Below the pieces are notes generated by a model. It did no database searches, was not told the origin of the DNA, and saw only the letters and a list, made by a program, of their open reading frames with translations. Positions 8,475 through 11,986 of a DNA stretch of 11,986 nt are shown piece by piece. The position numbers were made by a program, and so were the translations under genes. The DNA is from Fidelibacterota bacterium. Lineage in GTDB: Bacteria > Fidelibacterota > Fidelibacteria > Fidelibacterales > Fidelibacteraceae. The first letter of the stretch is position 1, and each line of letters starts with the position of its first letter. The stretch covers positions 1-11,986 of the forward strand of contig JAYEOX010000085.1 in NCBI GenBank assembly GCA_034723415.1, written 5' to 3'.

Positions 8475-8612
8475 TCTCTATTATACTAAATTTTTTTCAC
8501 CCAGTCAAGACAAATGTTCATTATACTTAACACTTCGTAGTATTTTCTATGTTTTGTTCACTATACTGAACACTCCTCGCTTTTTATGAACATCTGTTAA
8601 CTATAAATAATA
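8475..8612. repeat. Array of 18-bp palindromic boxes with exact 40-bp period
   Basis: TGTTCATTATACTTAACA (8515), TGTTCACTATACTGAACA (8555), TGTTAACTATAAATAATA (8595) and degenerate TCTCTATTATACTAAATT (8475). Confidence 0.75.
8480..8508 (-). promoter_or_regulatory. Near-consensus sigma70 promoter of the AAA ATPase gene
   Basis: On the - strand: TTGACT (8508-8503), 17-nt spacer, TATAAT (8485-8480). Confidence 0.75.
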
Positions 8613-8671
8613 CTTATAAAATCAAAAATAATTGCAAGAATGAATTGGAAAAAAAGCATCCGATATATTTC

Positions 8672-8727
8672 CTAACCCTCTACCCCTCTAACCTTCTAAC
8701 CCACTAACCCACTAACCCACTAACCTC
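8672..8727. repeat. Octamer tandem repeat (CTAACCCW consensus) x7
   Basis: ctaaccct ctacccct ctaacctt ctaaccca ctaaccca ctaaccca ctaacctc. Confidence 0.92.
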
Positions 8728-8806
8728 CTCCTTAGTAGATAACTTAAAATTGAAATGACACAAAAAAACAAAATCACCATATCCTCATCAATCTAATAAT
8801 ATCATT

Positions 8807-8834
8807 TTGATTAAGAAATATTTTTTGCTATATT
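8807..8834 (+). promoter_or_regulatory. Putative promoter of tRNA-Pro
   Basis: TTGATT (8807-8812), 16-nt spacer, extended -10 TGcTATATT (8826-8834), ending 8 nt before the tRNA. Confidence 0.55.
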
Positions 8835-8842
8835 TAGACCAT

Positions 8843-8916
8843 CGGGATGTAGCGCAGTCCGGCAGCGCACTTCGTTCGGGACGAAGGGGTCGAAAGTTCA
8901 AATCTTTTCATCCCGA
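8843..8916 (+). tRNA. tRNA-Pro (anticodon CGG)
   Basis: Cloverleaf: acceptor CGGGATG/CATCCCG, D-stem GCGC/GCGC, anticodon stem CTTCG/CGAAG with loop TT-CGG-GA (anticodon 8877-8879), T-arm GAAAG-TTCAAAT-CTTTT, discriminator A. The C1-G72 pair is typical of bacterial tRNA-Pro. CCA is not encoded. Confidence 0.97.
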
Positions 8917-8931
8917 CTATAACAAATGGTA

Positions 8932-9019
8932 GATTTTGCCACGAAAAGCACGAAAAATACACAAAAGAAGATAATCTTAAAATTCTTCGGTGCTACTCGG
9001 TGAAATTTGGCAGTAAATC
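8932..9019. repeat. Long imperfect inverted repeat/hairpin downstream of the tRNA
   Basis: GATTT-TGCCA pairs with TGGCA-GT-AAATC. CGAaaAGCAC-GAA pairs with TTCgGTGCTacTCG. Inner AAGAA/TTCTT. Confidence 0.55.
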
Positions 9020-9104
9020 AAATAATGAATTTCGTTAAATGCATAAACTTTGCAATTATAAAATTATTGTTGTATTATCTAAAGTTATTTGAAATATTCT
9101 TCAA

Positions 9105-9199
9105 ATTTCACTGGGCAAGCCCCGTAGAAATATGCTTTGCATTTCACTGGGCAAGCCCTGTAGAAATATGCTTTGCATTTCACTGGGCAAGCCCTGTAG
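9105..9199. repeat. 36-bp tandem REP-like palindromic repeat (2.6 copies)
   Basis: ATTTCACTGGGCAAGCCCYGTAGAAATATGCTTTGC at 9105 and 9141, partial copy at 9177. There are no spacers between copies. Confidence 0.92.
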
Positions 9200-9234
9200 C
9201 ATTAGCATACCAAGGCGACCTTTTCAAGAGAATA

Positions 9235-10053
<819 letters not shown>

Positions 10054-11763
10054 TTACTCTTTTTTATTTAAATCTAATTCTATTTTATATTTTAAACTTG
10101 CTTTAACAAATTCTCTAAACAACGGATGCGCTCTACTCACTCTGGATTTAAATTCGGGATGAAACTGAACGGCTAAATACCAAGGATGATCTCTCAATTC
10201 AATAATTTCCACTAAATTTAATTCCTTATTAATACCCGAAAAAATTATTCCTGCTTTTTTTAATTGATCTTTGTGATCATTATTTACTTCATATCTATGG
10301 CGATGTCGTTCGGAAATATTTTTTTTCTCGTAGGCAGTATATGCCAATGAATTATGTTCAATTTTACAATCATAAGCTCCCAACCTCATTGTCCCACCTT
10401 TTTGCACAATATTTTTCTGGTCTAACATTAAGTCAATTACAGGATTCACTGTGTTTTTATGAAATTCAGTGCTGTTTGCATCAGTCAAATTTGCAACATT
10501 CCGAGCATATTCAATCAATGCAACATGTAAGCCAAGGCAAATTCCGAAGAATGGCATTTTATTTGTTCTGGCGAATTTTGCAGCGGTAATTTTCCCTTCA
10601 ATACCTCTTTCACCAAATCCACCCGGAATTAATAATCCATCAATTCCACCGAGTAATTCAGTTACATGCTCTTCTGAATTTGATTCTAAATTTTCAGCAC
10701 TTATCCATTTCAGCTCTACTTTTGTATCATTTTCGGCACCGGCATGAATAAAAGATTCCATTATACTTTTGTATGCATCCGGCAAACTTGTATATTTCCC
10801 AATGATGGCTATTTTCACATTATTGGAAGGGTTTTTTATTCTACTAACAAATTGTTTTAATTTTTCTGTATTGATCTTGCTTATCTTTTCTAATTTCAAT
10901 TTATTTTTAATTATACTTATTATATTTTGCCTAAATAATATCAATGGCACCTCATAAATAGTTGAGGCATCATAAGCTTCAAAAACTGCATCTTTTTTTA
11001 CATCACAAAATAGAGCAATCTTTTCCCGCAATTCATTATTCAACATTTCCTTTTCTGTTCTACAAACAATAATTGAAGGACGCAAACCAATTTCTCTTAA
11101 TTTCATTACCGAATGTTGAGTTGGTTTCGTTTTAATTTCTTCAGAGGAATAAATATATGGCAATAATGTAACATGAATATTTAAAAAATCACTATCATCA
11201 AGTTTCTGTTCCAACTGTCTAATTGCTTCTAAAAAAGGCAAACTCTCAATATCACCAACTGTTCCACCAACCTCTGTAATAATAAAATCATAATCCCGGT
11301 CATTCAAAATATCTACGAGTCTGTTTTTTATTTCATCTGTAATATGAGGAATTATTTGTACAGTAGCACCTAAAAAATCACCTCGTCTCTCTTTTTTAAT
11401 TACTGTTTCATAAATTTTCCCGGCAGTTGTGTTGTTTTTTTGGGACATTTTTTCATCTAAAAATCTTTCATAGTGTCCCAAATCTAAATCTGTTTCAGCT
11501 CCGTCGTCGGTAACGAACACCTCGCCATGTTGGAACGGACTTAATGTCCCGGGATCGACATTTAAATATGGGTCAAATTTTTGTATTGTAACTTTAAATC
11601 CTGCTTGCTTTAACAAATAACCAATTGAAGAAGCCGTAATTCCTTTTCCCAAACCGGAAATTACACCACCGGTAATAAAAATGAATTTTGTTTTATTTTC
11701 CCTTTTTGATGTTATCAACCGATTAAAATATTTTCTAAAACCTGATAAATTATTATTTTTCAT
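10054..11763 (-). CDS. pyrG: CTP synthase
   Basis: TKFIFITGGVISGLGKG, KFDPYLNVDPGTLSPFQHGEVFVTDDGAETDLDLGHYERF, KTKPTQHSV, and GATase motifs GICLG, ERHRHRYEVN, QFHPEF. The start position is somewhat uncertain. Confidence 0.98.
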   Translation of the reverse strand: MKNNNLSGFRKYFNRLITSKRENKTKFIFITGGVISGLGKGITASSIGYLLKQAGFKVTIQKFDPYLNVDPGTLSPFQHGEVFVTDDGAETDLDLGHYERFLDEKMSQKNNTTAGKIYETVIKKERRGDFLGATVQIIPHITDEIKNRLVDILNDRDYDFIITEVGGTVGDIESLPFLEAIRQLEQKLDDSDFLNIHVTLLPYIYSSEEIKTKPTQHSVMKLREIGLRPSIIVCRTEKEMLNNELREKIALFCDVKKDAVFEAYDASTIYEVPLILFRQNIISIIKNKLKLEKISKINTEKLKQFVSRIKNPSNNVKIAIIGKYTSLPDAYKSIMESFIHAGAENDTKVELKWISAENLESNSEEHVTELLGGIDGLLIPGGFGERGIEGKITAAKFARTNKMPFFGICLGLHVALIEYARNVANLTDANSTEFHKNTVNPVIDLMLDQKNIVQKGGTMRLGAYDCKIEHNSLAYTAYEKKNISERHRHRYEVNNDHKDQLKKAGIIFSGINKELNLVEIIELRDHPWYLAVQFHPEFKSRVSRAHPLFREFVKASLKYKIELDLNKKE

Positions 11764-11862
11764 TGCTGATTTTATTTCCCATTTAATATTTTATACTTTA
11801 CCTTTATTGAATATAATATTTTTTATTGAAAATACTAAACAATAAAAAATTTTATGTGAAAT

Positions 11863-11941
11863 AAACTTCCGAAGTTACAATTTATTGATTCTCTATAATT
11901 CTATTCTTTTAATATCTTTCTTTTTCAAACTTCGGAAGTTT
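11863..11941. repeat. Two copies of the 13-bp palindrome AACTTC-S-GAAGTT, forming a 14-bp perfect inverted repeat
   Basis: AAACTTCCGAAGTT (11863-11876) is the exact reverse complement of AACTTCGGAAGTTT (11928-11941). The two arms are 51 nt apart. Confidence 0.85.
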
Positions 11942-11986
11942 TTCGTTATTTTTTTTGAAATAAAAATAATTTTGTAAAAACGAATG

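Noticed and set aside
8475..8612. Canonical CRISPR array
   Set aside because: The repeats are only 18 bp and degenerate, the spacers are 22 nt, and there are no cas genes. Kept as an operator-like array instead.
8895..8919. tRNA-Pro as attachment site of an integrated island
   Set aside because: No duplicate of the tRNA 3' end and no integrase seen in the window. Housekeeping kdsA follows within ~320 bp.
9105..9199. CRISPR array (36-bp repeat length)
   Set aside because: The units are contiguous with no unique spacers, and there are no cas genes in the window.
10341..10957. Short + strand ORFs within pyrG
   Set aside because: Antisense shadows of a highly conserved gene.

Overview
AT-rich chromosomal segment from a Gram-negative bacterium (kdsA implies LPS; the phylum cannot be fixed from the sequence alone). 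The + strand starts with a two-gene operon: a CPA2-type cation:proton antiporter, translationally coupled to a PTS EIIA protein that carries a C-terminal PII-like domain. The - strand then carries a MacB-like ABC ATPase-permease fusion, a 5'-truncated winged-helix gene remnant with a 12-bp VNTR, a lipoprotein-signal oligoendopeptidase F and an AAA_14/DUF4143-type ATPase. A tRNA-Pro(CGG) follows on +, and a pyrG-kdsA operon on -. The intergenic DNA is rich in structured repeats: a 40-bp-periodic array of 18-bp palindromes over the ATPase promoter, an octamer tandem repeat, a long hairpin after the tRNA, a 36-bp tandem REP-like hairpin repeat, and paired 13-bp palindromes upstream of pyrG. The two best leads are the ATPase with its periodic palindrome array and the antiporter/EIIA-PII fusion module. 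All family assignments come from motif recognition by eye; no searches were run.
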